From: an uncultured delta proteobacterium | Lineage (GTDB): Bacteria > Desulfobacterota > RBG-13-43-22 | Direction: 5' to 3' | DNA length: 64,000 bases | Assembly: GCA_963743305.1 (NCBI GenBank) | Contig: CAVUPH010000017.1 | Span: 64,001-128,000 of the forward strand | Shown here: in pieces, positions 29,576 to 39,385 of the stretch | Layout of the letters: each line of letters opens with the position of its first letter | Numbering within the stretch: position 1 is the first letter of the stretch | Notes under the pieces: model-generated | Told to the model about the DNA's origin: nothing | Seen by the model: the letters and a program-made list of their open reading frames with translations, nothing else | Database searches by the model: none | Translations under genes and position numbers: made by a program

Positions 29576-31317
29576 ATGCTTACCAAATTAACCATCCATA
29601 ATTTTAAGCGGTTTGGCGCGGTGGAGATCGAGCTGGGAAATCCGGTGGTCTTTATCGGCCCCAACAATTCGGGAAGACCTCGGCCTTGCAGGCCCTGGCT
29701 CTTTGGGAGATCGGTCTTAAAAAATGGAATGAAAAACGCAAAGGCAAATCGGCTCCGGAAAAGCGGCCGGGGGTGACCATCAACCGGAAAGACCTGGTCT
29801 CCATCCCCGTTCCGGATGCCAACTTGTTGTGGCGGGATCTGCACGTTCGGGATGTTCAGAAAAGTGAAGGGAAGCCGCAGACAAAAAATATCCGGATCGA
29901 GATTGTCGTGGAGGGTATCACTAACGATAAATCCTGGGTCTGTGGGTTGGAATTTGACTATGCCAACGAGGAGTCTTTTTACTGCCGCCCGCTCCGGTCA
30001 GGCGAATCGGAGGGCGAGCCGGGCCGCATGGTTATTCCGGACGAAGCCGAGTTGGTGCAAACGGCCTTTCTGCCCCCCATGTCCGGTTTGGCGGCCAATG
30101 AAACCCGTCTGGATGACGGGGCCATTAATGTCCGGGTCGGGGAAGGAAGGACAGCCGAGGTTCTGCGGAACCTTTGCCAAAAAGTTTTTGAGCGTCAGAA
30201 CGGTTGCTGGGACAGGATGGTCGGGCAAATCCAGTCACTTTTCGGAGCGGACTTGGATGTCCCCCAATATATTCCCGAACGCGGGGAAATCAAACTAAGC
30301 TACAAAGAAAATGGAAGATCCTACGACTTGTCCTCTTCCGGCAGAGGGTTGCAGCAGACCCTTCTGCTTCTGTCTTATATGTATGCCAACCGGGGGGCCG
30401 TTTTATTACTGGATGAACCCGACGCCCATCTGGAAATCCTCCGCCAGCGGCAGATTTACCAACTGCTGATCGATGTGGCCCGGGAAAACGACAACCAGAT
30501 AATCGCCGCCAGCCATTCCGAGGTGCTGCTTAATGAGGCCGCTGAGAGAGACGTGGTGGTGGCCTTTGTGGGAACCCCTCACCGGATGGATGACCGGGGC
30601 AGTCAGGTTCTGAAGGCCCTGAGGGAAATTGGGTTCGAGCATTATTATCAGGCGGAACAAACCGGATGGGTCCTTTATCTGGAAGGCTCTACGGACCTGG
30701 CCATTCTCAGGGCTTTGGCGGAAAAAATCGGCCATGAGGACGCGATTCGAGTGCTGAACAAACCATTTGTCCACTATATCCGAAATCAGCCGCAGGAAGT
30801 CTTAAGGCATTTTCACGGCTTAAGGGAAGCCACCCCAAAGTTAATGGGTGTGGCCATTTTTGACCGGCTGGAGCAGGAAATTCCCGCTATTAATGGAGTA
30901 GAGTGCCTGGAGTGGCGGCGAAGAGAGATCGAAAATTACTTGTGCTACATAGAAACACTTTTTGAATATGCCAAGGCCACGAGCCAAGTCGATTCCATCG
31001 GCCCCCTTTTTGCCGCCGGGGAAGCCTCCCGCCGAATGAAGGCGATGGAAGAGGCCATAGAGGAAGTCACCCGGGCCATGGAGACCTTTGGCAAAGGTTC
31101 CCCTTGGGACGTTAATACCAAGGTCAGCGACGATTTTCTGGATCCCCTGTTCAGGTCCTATTTTAGGAGACTGGGGCTCTATAATGTAATGGCCAAGAAA
31201 AATTTCCATGAACTGGCTTACTTTGTCCCGGAAGATAAGATTGACCCGGAAGTGAAAGAGAAACTGGATGCCTTAGTCAAAGTGGCCAATTCAGCCAAGC
31301 CGTTTGAAAACCAATAG
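29576..31317 (+). CDS. OLD-like ABC ATPase with C-terminal TOPRIM-like region; 1-bp deletion at ~29670
   Basis: LTIHNFKRF, GPNNSG(KT), SSGRG, LLDEPDAHL, ASHS, then VLYLEGSTD...IFD...RREIENY. Confidence 0.8.
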
Positions 31318-31329
31318 AAAATATCTATT

Positions 31330-31484
31330 GATAACCTCGCAAAAAATCAAAAAACGACTTTCTGCTCGGCGGGGGATGGCTTCCCCTCCCCCGCCATTTG
31401 AAATGAATTCAAATGGTGCCACCCCTACCCCAGCCCGGCGCTTAATCTCGCCCGGGCTGTTGACGGACTTTTTGCGAGTCCGTC
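31330..31484. mobile_element. Degenerate MITE-like element
   Basis: Imperfect 19-bp terminal inverted repeats (14/19): gataacctcgcaaaaaatc / gactttttgcgagtccgtc. Confidence 0.5.
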
Positions 31485-31498
31485 TCTATTGACTGTTT

Positions 31499-33946
31499 GT
31501 GTGGATGGAAAATACTGAGGATTTCAAAAAGCAACTGGATAAGGCCCTGAATGAGTGCGCTCGCCTGAAGGCTGAAAATGACCGGTTGCGCCGGAGGCTC
31601 GGTGGTATCCCGGAAGGGGAACATTTGACTCCTGAAAAGACCCTTGCAGAACCCAACCTTCCTTTCACGCCAGCGGCCTTTAAGATTACCAATGATTCTC
31701 CTCCGAAAGAAAAAATAGGCCTCTTTAAAAGTCTTTTCCGCGGCCGGGAAGATGTTTATCCGGTTCGCTGGGAGCGGAAGGATGGCCGGTCCGGGTATTC
31801 TCCGGCTTGCGTTCTCGAATGGAAAAGGCCCCTGTGCGGGAAACCGCTGGTAAAATGCGGGGACTGCCGCCATCGAAAATTCTTGCCGGTTACTGAGGAA
31901 GTCCTCCACCACCATCTTATTGGGAAGCACACCATCGGGGTGTACCCCCTGCTTCCGGATGAAACCTGCTGGTTTCTGGCTGTCGATTTCGACCGGAAGA
32001 CCTGGCAGGAAGACGCCGGGGCTTTTATGGCCACCTGCCAAAAGATGGCCATACCGGCGGCCCTGGAAAGGTCCCGCTCCGGGGAAGGGGGACATGTCTG
32101 GCTGTTCTTCCAAAGTCCGGTTTCGGCCTCCCTGGCTCGAAAATTGGGCTGCGCGATCCTGACCCGCACCCTGGAGGAACGGCATCAACTCGGCCTGGAT
32201 TCCTACGATCGTTTCTTCCCCAACCAGGATACGCTGCCCAAGGGCGGATTTGGCAATCTGATCGCCCTTCCTTTGCAGTGGGGCCCCCGGGAAACGGGGA
32301 ACAGTGTTTTTTTGAATCCGGATGGAGTCCCCTATCCGGACCAGTGGGTTTTCCTGTCCGGTCTCGACCGGCTCCCGGTTGAGATCGTGGAAGCACGGGT
32401 TGGTGAGGCCTCCCGGGCCGGGAAAATAATATCCGTTCGACAAATCCCGACCGATGAACAGCTCGAGGAAGATCCTCGGCCCGATTTCCCTTCCGGAAGC
32501 AGAACGGCAAGACCCCCGGCCGGACCTTGGCCGAAACAGATCCGTCTGGTGATCAGTGATTTGATCTATATCGAAAAAGAGGGTTTGCCCCCGTCCATGC
32601 TCAACGCCTTAACCCAGTTGGCGGCCTTTCAAAATCCTGAGTTTTACCGGGCTCAGGCTATGCGCCTGCCGATCTTTAATATTCCCCGGATCATTTGCTG
32701 CGCGGAGGATTTTCCCCAACAGATCGGCCTGCCCCGGGGATGCCTGGAAGAGGTGTTGCGTTTCTTTGAAGATGGCGGCACCGCCGTGACAATCGATGAT
32801 CGACGAAATGAGCCCACCCCGATCAGGGTTCATTTTCTCGGGGAACTCCGTCCCGATCAGGAAGAGGTGGCTAGAAACCTATTGGGCTATGAAAATGGGA
32901 TCCTTTCCGCCCCCACCGCCTTTGGTAAAACGGTCATCGCGGCCTGGGTCATTGCCCAAAGGAAGGTCAGCACGCTGGTTCTGGTCCATCGAAAACAGCT
33001 CCTGGATCAGTGGCGGGATCGATTAGCCGATTTTCTGGATCTGCCCAAAAGTGAAATCGGTCAGATCGGAGGGGGAAAAGGGCAGCCGACCGGGGTGATC
33101 GACGTGGCGGTCCTTCAAAGCCTGGTTCGAAAAGGCGTGGTTAAGGATATCATTTCCGAATATTCACAGGTTATTGTGGACGAGTGCCATCATATCCCGG
33201 CCTTCAGCTTTGAGCAGGTCTTAAAGAAGGCCAGAGCCCGATTTGTCCTGGGCCTGACGGCTACCCCAATCCGGAAAGACGGCCACCAGCCCATACTAAT
33301 GATGCAATGCGGTCCCGTACGGTCTAAGGGGCAGGCCAAAAAAAGCGTTCAGGATGATCCCTTTGAGCATGTGGTCCTTCCGCGCTTGACCGAATTCAAT
33401 ATACCTCCCCATAAAGATCTGACCATTCAGGAAATCTATAACGCTATGCTGTTCGATCAGGCCCGAAATGACTTGATTTTCGATGATTTGTTAACCGCCC
33501 TGGAAGCCGGCCGATCTCCCCTTTTACTGACCGAACGAACGGAACATCTCGACCTGCTGGCCGGAAAGCTCAAAAACTTCGCCAGGAATATGATTATCTT
33601 GAAGGGCGGCATGGGGAAGAAGCAACGGACCGCCGTCAACGAACAAATGAAGTCCATCCCGGACCGGGAAGAGCGCCTGATACTGGCCACCGGCCGGTAC
33701 ATCGGCGAGGGGTTTGACGATGCCCGCCTGGATACGCTGTTTCTGGTCATGCCCATCTCCTGGCGGGGCACACTGCAACAATATGTGGGACGTTTGCATC
33801 GACTCCATGACAATAAACGGGTGGTGCAGGTTTATGATTATGTGGATAAAAAAGTCCCGATGCTGATGCGGATGTACCACAAGCGGCTGATCGGCTATAA
33901 GGCCCTTGGCTATAAATTAGAAATACCAAGTGGCCGGCAAGCTTAA
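31499..33946 (+). CDS. AEP primase-like (TOTE-conflict type) domain fused to a ResIII-like SF2 helicase
   Basis: FRGREDVY, FLAVDFD, SRSGEGGHVW, GNLIALPLQ; APTAFGKT, DECHH, GLTATP, QYVGRLHR. Confidence 0.85.
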   Translation: MWMENTEDFKKQLDKALNECARLKAENDRLRRRLGGIPEGEHLTPEKTLAEPNLPFTPAAFKITNDSPPKEKIGLFKSLFRGREDVYPVRWERKDGRSGYSPACVLEWKRPLCGKPLVKCGDCRHRKFLPVTEEVLHHHLIGKHTIGVYPLLPDETCWFLAVDFDRKTWQEDAGAFMATCQKMAIPAALERSRSGEGGHVWLFFQSPVSASLARKLGCAILTRTLEERHQLGLDSYDRFFPNQDTLPKGGFGNLIALPLQWGPRETGNSVFLNPDGVPYPDQWVFLSGLDRLPVEIVEARVGEASRAGKIISVRQIPTDEQLEEDPRPDFPSGSRTARPPAGPWPKQIRLVISDLIYIEKEGLPPSMLNALTQLAAFQNPEFYRAQAMRLPIFNIPRIICCAEDFPQQIGLPRGCLEEVLRFFEDGGTAVTIDDRRNEPTPIRVHFLGELRPDQEEVARNLLGYENGILSAPTAFGKTVIAAWVIAQRKVSTLVLVHRKQLLDQWRDRLADFLDLPKSEIGQIGGGKGQPTGVIDVAVLQSLVRKGVVKDIISEYSQVIVDECHHIPAFSFEQVLKKARARFVLGLTATPIRKDGHQPILMMQCGPVRSKGQAKKSVQDDPFEHVVLPRLTEFNIPPHKDLTIQEIYNAMLFDQARNDLIFDDLLTALEAGRSPLLLTERTEHLDLLAGKLKNFARNMIILKGGMGKKQRTAVNEQMKSIPDREERLILATGRYIGEGFDDARLDTLFLVMPISWRGTLQQYVGRLHRLHDNKRVVQVYDYVDKKVPMLMRMYHKRLIGYKALGYKLEIPSGRQA

Positions 33947-33964
33947 ATGATTCGTAGACCAGGG

Positions 33965-33993
33965 TTGATAGATTCTGTCTTTATCGATATAAT
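33965..33993 (+). promoter_or_regulatory. Near-consensus sigma70 promoter
   Basis: TTGATA-N17-TATAAT. Confidence 0.65.
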
Positions 33994-34018
33994 TATGCTG
34001 AAGAGGTACTTATTCCCT

Positions 34019-34285
34019 ATGAATTACCTGAAAGCCGCATTTTGGGACTACCCTCAGTTTACCGAGGAGGCAACGCTCCGGGCTTGTTTGCAGGAGCGGA
34101 AGGATACCACCTTGTATTTTTGGCTAATGAGTAGATTTCTGGAATACGCTCGGGTCGTGGATACCCTGAAATTTTTTGCGATAGACGAAATTGCCGGACA
34201 ATTGTCCAGGCTGAAGCTTCGGCCCTATACCCGAATAAAATGGACCCGGATGGTCGAGATCTATGGAACCTCTTCAGGAAAATAA
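34019..34285 (+). CDS. Small putative antitoxin (FWD-motif, DUF6922-like)
   Basis: MNYLKAAFWDY; overlaps the AbiEii-type gene; start chosen downstream of the promoter. Confidence 0.6.
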   Translation: MNYLKAAFWDYPQFTEEATLRACLQERKDTTLYFWLMSRFLEYARVVDTLKFFAIDEIAGQLSRLKLRPYTRIKWTRMVEIYGTSSGK

Positions 34286-34952
34286 AGCCGGTTACGCCTC
34301 GGCCGCCCAACGGGAGGTTTTACTGAGCCTAGTGGAACACCCGACCATTCGTGATGTTTCATTTCTGACCGGCGGGACGGCCCTTTCCGTTTTTTATCTC
34401 AGTCACCGTGTATCGGATGATATCGATTTGTTTTCCGTTGAACCGATTGATTTGCCGGAGTTGGATTTTTGGACTAAGACCCGCTGGGGGGCGCGCTGTT
34501 CCCAACTCCGGAAGAGCCCCCAATTCCTCTCCCTATTAATCGACGGGGTTAAGGTCGACCTGGTAATAGACCCTCTTTCTTTTCGAGATCCACGGCAACG
34601 ATTCGAGTTCGATAGCCAGAGATCTCTTCAGGTGGACACTCTGTCCAACATTGCCTCCAATAAACTCACCGCCGTCGTGAGTAGAACGGAACCAAAAGAT
34701 TATGTCGATTTGTATTTGATCCTCAAGATTTTTCCTGAATATAGGTTGGAAGGCCTTTATCAAAAAAGTCGTTTGAAAGATGCTATCTTTGATGACCCAC
34801 CAACGGCTGCTTTTCAATTGGAGACCGGTGTTGCTTTTTTAAAGGAAAACCCATCTCTTAAGCCAAAGATGATCAAGGAATTAAATTGGGAGGATCTTTT
34901 CGATTTTTATAGGCGGTTAACTCGCTGGGTCTATGACTTGGTCAAACTGTAA
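34263..34952 (+). CDS. AbiEii/AbiGii-family nucleotidyltransferase toxin
   Basis: LTGGTALS...HRVSDDIDLF, NKLTA..SR...KDYVDLY. Confidence 0.88.
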   Translation: MEPLQENKAGYASAAQREVLLSLVEHPTIRDVSFLTGGTALSVFYLSHRVSDDIDLFSVEPIDLPELDFWTKTRWGARCSQLRKSPQFLSLLIDGVKVDLVIDPLSFRDPRQRFEFDSQRSLQVDTLSNIASNKLTAVVSRTEPKDYVDLYLILKIFPEYRLEGLYQKSRLKDAIFDDPPTAAFQLETGVAFLKENPSLKPKMIKELNWEDLFDFYRRLTRWVYDLVKL

Positions 34953-34961
34953 CTTTTCCAA

Positions 34962-36095
34962 ATGGAACCACTACCGACATTAACCCCGATTCCCGCAGCG
35001 ACTGCCTGCTGACCCTCCAAGGCCCCGGCTCAGGTGAGCCCGCCCCGGATGGATCAGCCTTTCGTGATTGGCCGGATCACTACCCCTGTGGGTGAGGTGC
35101 CGCAGGTTTCTTCCGAACTGACGCCGGCCGATCGGTGGGGCGCGGTCAAGGCTCGCTGGGGGGTGGGACGGATGCATTTCACCGTCGATCCCGGGCTGTA
35201 TGCCCTGGGAAATCCCAACGGAGAATCTTCGGTCCTGGTTACCGCCAATTACAAAATGAGCTTCGACGCCCTGCGTCGGGCCTTGCCCGGTCTGGAGGCC
35301 TGGATTCTGGTGCTGGATACCCGAGGGATCAACGTCTGGTGCGCCGCCGGCAAGGGCACCTTCGGGACCGGGGAACTGGTTGGGAGGATCCAGAGTAGTG
35401 GTTTGGAGCAAGTCGTTAAACGTCGAAAAATAATCTTGCCGCAGTTGTCCGGTCCGGGCGTGGCCGGTCATCAGGTGAAAAAAATGTCAGGCTTCCAGGC
35501 GGTCTTCGGGCCCGTCCGGGCCTACGACCTGCCTGCTTATCTTTCGGCCGGCTGCCGGGCCACCCCGGACATGCGCCGCAAGACCTTCACCCTTCGGGAA
35601 CGGGCCGTCCTGATCCCCGTGGAGCTGGTGCAGGCCCTCAAGCCCGCTTTGCTGGTCATGCTGGCCTTTTTTCTGCTAAGCGGTCTTGGAGGATCGGCCG
35701 GATATTGGACCAATCTCGGGCATAATGGCCCCTGGTCGGTACTGGGTATCCTATCGACCCTGTTGACCGGAGCCGTATTGACACCCCTATTACTGCCCTG
35801 GGTCCCCGGCCGGGCTTTTTCACTCAAAGGTTGGATTCTTGGTCTGGCTTCGGCCTGGGGCTTTATACTCTTGCGGGGATTTTCTCCAAGAAGCGGATTT
35901 CATCCGTTGGAAGCCCTGGCCTGGCTGCTCCTTTTGCCGGCCTTATCGGCCTACCTGGCCATGAATTTTACCGGGGCCTCGACCTATACTTCCCTTTCCG
36001 GGGTCAAGAAGGAAATGCGCTGGGCCGTGCCCCTGGAAATCGGTTTTGGTGCTGCCGGTTTAATACTCTGGGTGGCGGCGCGATTTTATTTTTAA
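34962..36095 (+). CDS. hgcA: Mercury methylation corrinoid protein HgcA, probably with N-terminal Cys-Sec
   Basis: TANYKMSFD, cap-helix NVWCAAGKGTFG, C-terminal TM domain with NFTGASTYTSLSGVKKEM. An in-frame ATG at 34962 and TGC-TGA at 35007-35012 precede the tracked ORF (35034). Confidence 0.95.
35010..35043 (+). promoter_or_regulatory. Candidate Sec codon plus bacterial SECIS hairpin
   Basis: TGA followed after 14 nt by GGCTC-AGGT-GAGCC; G-containing AGGT loop reminiscent of the E. coli fdhF SECIS. Confidence 0.65.
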
Positions 36096-36103
36096 AAAGT
36101 CAT

Positions 36104-36212
36104 GTCATTGAGAGGAGCGAAACGACGAAGCAATCCCCGAGTCAGCTTATGGTGTTCCCTAAGCTTGCCATGGAGATTGCTTCCCCCGGATCGAGTCCGG
36201 GGTCGCAAGGAC
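36104..36212. repeat. REP doublet between hgcA and hgcB
   Basis: gtcattg...gaagcaatccc and inverted gagattgcttc...tcgcaaggac, with internal palindrome ccccgga-tcgag-tccgggg. Confidence 0.7.
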
Positions 36213-36248
36213 ATAGGTATTTTATACTCGGATTAAGGGTGAGACGTT

Positions 36249-36587
36249 ATGGCGGAATTGATTTATCTCAAAAATGTGGTGACCCTGCGACTGGATCCGG
36301 AAAAATGTACCGGTTGCGGGACCTGTCTGGAAGTCTGCCCCCGACAGGTGCTGGCTTTGAACGGGAAGAAGGTCCGGATCGCCAACCGGGATGCCTGCAT
36401 GGAATGCGGGGCTTGCGCCCTGAATTGTCCTTTCGCCGCCCTGGCGGTCGAAGCCGGAGTGGGTTGCGCGGCGGCCGTGATCAATTCCGCCCTGGGGCGT
36501 AGCGGTGACTCCTGTTGCTGCGTTATCGAACCGAAGAAACCCGGGTTATCCCCCGAACCGGTATCTCAAAAACCCTCCTGCGGTTAG
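36249..36587 (+). CDS. hgcB: Mercury methylation ferredoxin HgcB
   Basis: Two CxxCxxCxxxCP motifs, DACMECGACALNCP, GVGCA, CCC tail; directly downstream of hgcA. Confidence 0.95.
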   Translation: MAELIYLKNVVTLRLDPEKCTGCGTCLEVCPRQVLALNGKKVRIANRDACMECGACALNCPFAALAVEAGVGCAAAVINSALGRSGDSCCCVIEPKKPGLSPEPVSQKPSCG

Positions 36588-36698
36588 ACCTCCTTTTTCT
36601 TTTTTCCCCACCGCGATTTCTTCGGCCTTGATAAAAAAACCCTCAAAAGGTATGTGATAGGGATAGGATCAACGGACATGGGGGAGGGGAAGGCCATT

Positions 36699-39375
36699 AT
36701 GAGCATCCACCATTTGGATAAATTCTTCCATCCCGTCTCGGTGGCGGTGGTCGGTGCCAGCCCCCGGGAGGGAACTATTGGGGCGGCCCTGGTTAAAAAT
36801 ATCCTCGCCGGAGGGTATGGCGGAAAGCTTTTTTTAGTCAATCCGCAGCATAAGGAGATTCACGGGTTGTCCGTCTCGCCGACCTTATCCCAAATCCCGG
36901 ATGCCGTCGATCTAGCGGTCCTAGCCACCCCCCTTCCAACGGTCCCCAAGATTATGGAGGAGTGCGTCCGGAAACAGGTGAAGGCGGCGGTGATTATCTC
37001 CGCCGGAGGCAAAGAGACCGGGGAGTCCGGAACCCGATTGGAAACACAGATTAGGGAGACGGCCCATCGCGGCGGTGTCCGTGTTATGGGTCCCAACTGT
37101 CTCGGAGTGGTCTGTTCAGATGGCCGCCTCAACGCCAGCTTTGCCAGCCATATGCCTCTTCCGGGGAAAATGGCCTTTGTCTCCCAGAGCGGCGCCATCT
37201 GCACGGCCATTCTGGACTTGTCCCTCAAGGAGCAGATCGGCTTCAGCCATTTTGTCAGCGTGGGTTCCATGCTGGACGTGGACTTCGGGGACCTGATTGA
37301 TTTTCTGGGAAACGATTCCCGGGTAACCAGCATTGTCCTCTATATCGAGAGCCTGACGAATTTTCGGAAGTTCATGAGTGCGGCCCGGGCGGTTTCCCGG
37401 GTGAAACCGATCATCGTCTTGAAATCAGGCCGCAGTCCGGCCGGGGCTAAAGCGGCTTCCTCTCATACCGGGGCTTTGGCCGGAGAAGATGCCGTGTATG
37501 AGGCGGCCTTCCAGCGGGCCGGCATCAAGCGGGTGCATACCGTGGCCGAACTATTTGACTGCGCCGAGCTGCTGGCCAAACAACCCCGTCCCACCGGCTC
37601 CGGGCTGATCATTATCACCAATGCGGGCGGACCGGGCGTCATGGCCGCCGATGCCCTGGCCGAATACGGACTGGAGCCGCTGGCCCTCAAACCGGAAACG
37701 CTGGAACGGCTGAACGAAATTTTACCGCCCTTCTGGAGCCGGGGAAATCCCGTGGATATCCTGGGTGATGCCGACGTGGAGCGGTTCCGCCGGACCGTCG
37801 CGGTCTGCCTCCGGGACCCCGGGATTAATGGGCTGCTCGTAATGACCGCCCCGCAGGCCCTGACCGACCCGACCGCCATCGCCGAGGCCTTGACCCCCAT
37901 GCTTTCCGGGAGCCGCTGTCCAATTTTTACGGTTTGGATGGGCGGCCGCGATGTGGAGCGAGGTCGGGAGGTTTTCAACCAGGCCGGGATCCCCACTTAT
38001 GAAACGCCGGAACAGGCGGTCCGGGCCTTCTGGCACCTGGTATCCTATAAACGGAACCTGGAGTTGCTACAGGAGATACCGCCCAAGCTGCCCACCATTC
38101 TGAAATACGATCAGGAGCGAGCGCGAAAAATCATCGACCGGGCGCTCCGGGAAAAAACGGAGACATTGACCGAGATCGAAGCCAAAGCCCTGCTTTCAGC
38201 ATACGGGATACCGGTTAACCGGACCGAGGCGGCCTCCGAGGCGGAGGCGGCGGTTAAGCTGGCCGAGGCCATGGGGTATCCGGTGGTTTTGAAAATCCTG
38301 TCCCGGGATATCCTCCATAAAACCGATGCGCGCGGAGTGGAACTCAATCTTCAGCACGCCGAAGACGTCCGGCAGGCCTTTGAACATATCCTGGCCCGGG
38401 CCCGGGCCTATGATCCCCGGGCCCGGTTGGAAGGCGTAACCGTTCAACCGCTGGTGCGGCGTTCGGATTATGAACTGATCCTGGGCAGCAAAAAGGATCC
38501 GGATTTTGGCCCGGTCATTCTTTTCGGCCTGGGCGGGATCATGACCGAGGTGCTGAAAGATCATGCCGTCGCCCTGCCCCCCTTAAACCGGCTGCTGGCC
38601 CGTCGCCTGATTGAAAGCACCCGCGTTTATAAACTGCTGAAGGGGTATCGTAACCGTCCTCCGGCCGACTTGCCTCTGCTGGAAGAGATCCTGATCCGCC
38701 TGTCTCAACTGGTGACGGATTTTCCTGAAATCACGGAGATGGATATCAACCCGTTGATTATGGATCCGGAAGGCGCCTGGGCCGTGGATTGCCGGGTGCT
38801 CATCGGACGCTCGGATGTGGTCTCTCCGAAGCATCTGGTGATCAGCCCCTATCCCAACCAGTATGAAAAGACTCTGATCAGCCGGGGAGGAATACCCTCT
38901 TTGGGTCCGGCCCATCAAACCGGAAGATGCCCCATTGCTGGTGGGCCTTTTCCGGGTGTTGTCGACCCGAAGCATTTATTTCCGATTTTTCCGGCCCCTC
39001 AAGGAGATTCCTCCGGACCTGCTGGTCCGGTTTACCCAGATCGATTACGACCGGGACGTGGCCCTGGTGGCGATCGATCAAAATGGTGAGGGGGAACGGA
39101 TGCTGGGTGTCTCTCGGTTGATGGGCGATCCCGACGGAATCGAGGCGGAATTCGCTGTGCTGGTGGGGGATCCCTGGCAAGGAAAAGGGATCGGAGCAGC
39201 CCTGCTGGAAAGCTGTCTGGCTATCGCCCGGGAGCGTGGATTCCGATCTATCTGGGGGATCGCTTTGAAGGAAAACACCCAGATGCTGGAATTAGGCCGG
39301 CTGCTGGGCTTTGAAATCGCCTACGAGCCGGGGGCGGGTGAATATACCTTGCGACTGGACCTAAATAAGAAATAA
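36699..39375 (+). CDS. NDP-forming acyl-CoA synthetase + C-terminal GNAT (Pat/YfiQ-like), frameshift ~38900
   Basis: VAVVGAS, GPNCLG, SQSGA, SHTGAL, HKTD; ISPYP linker, then GNAT (RFTQIDYDRDVAL, WQGKGIG) in the shifted frame. Confidence 0.88.
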
Positions 39376-39385
39376 AGGAATACGG

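Noticed and set aside
35034-36095. CFeSP/CdhE subunit of the Wood-Ljungdahl pathway rather than HgcA
   Set aside because: The NVWCAAGK cap helix, C-terminal TM domain and adjacent hgcB are diagnostic of HgcA.
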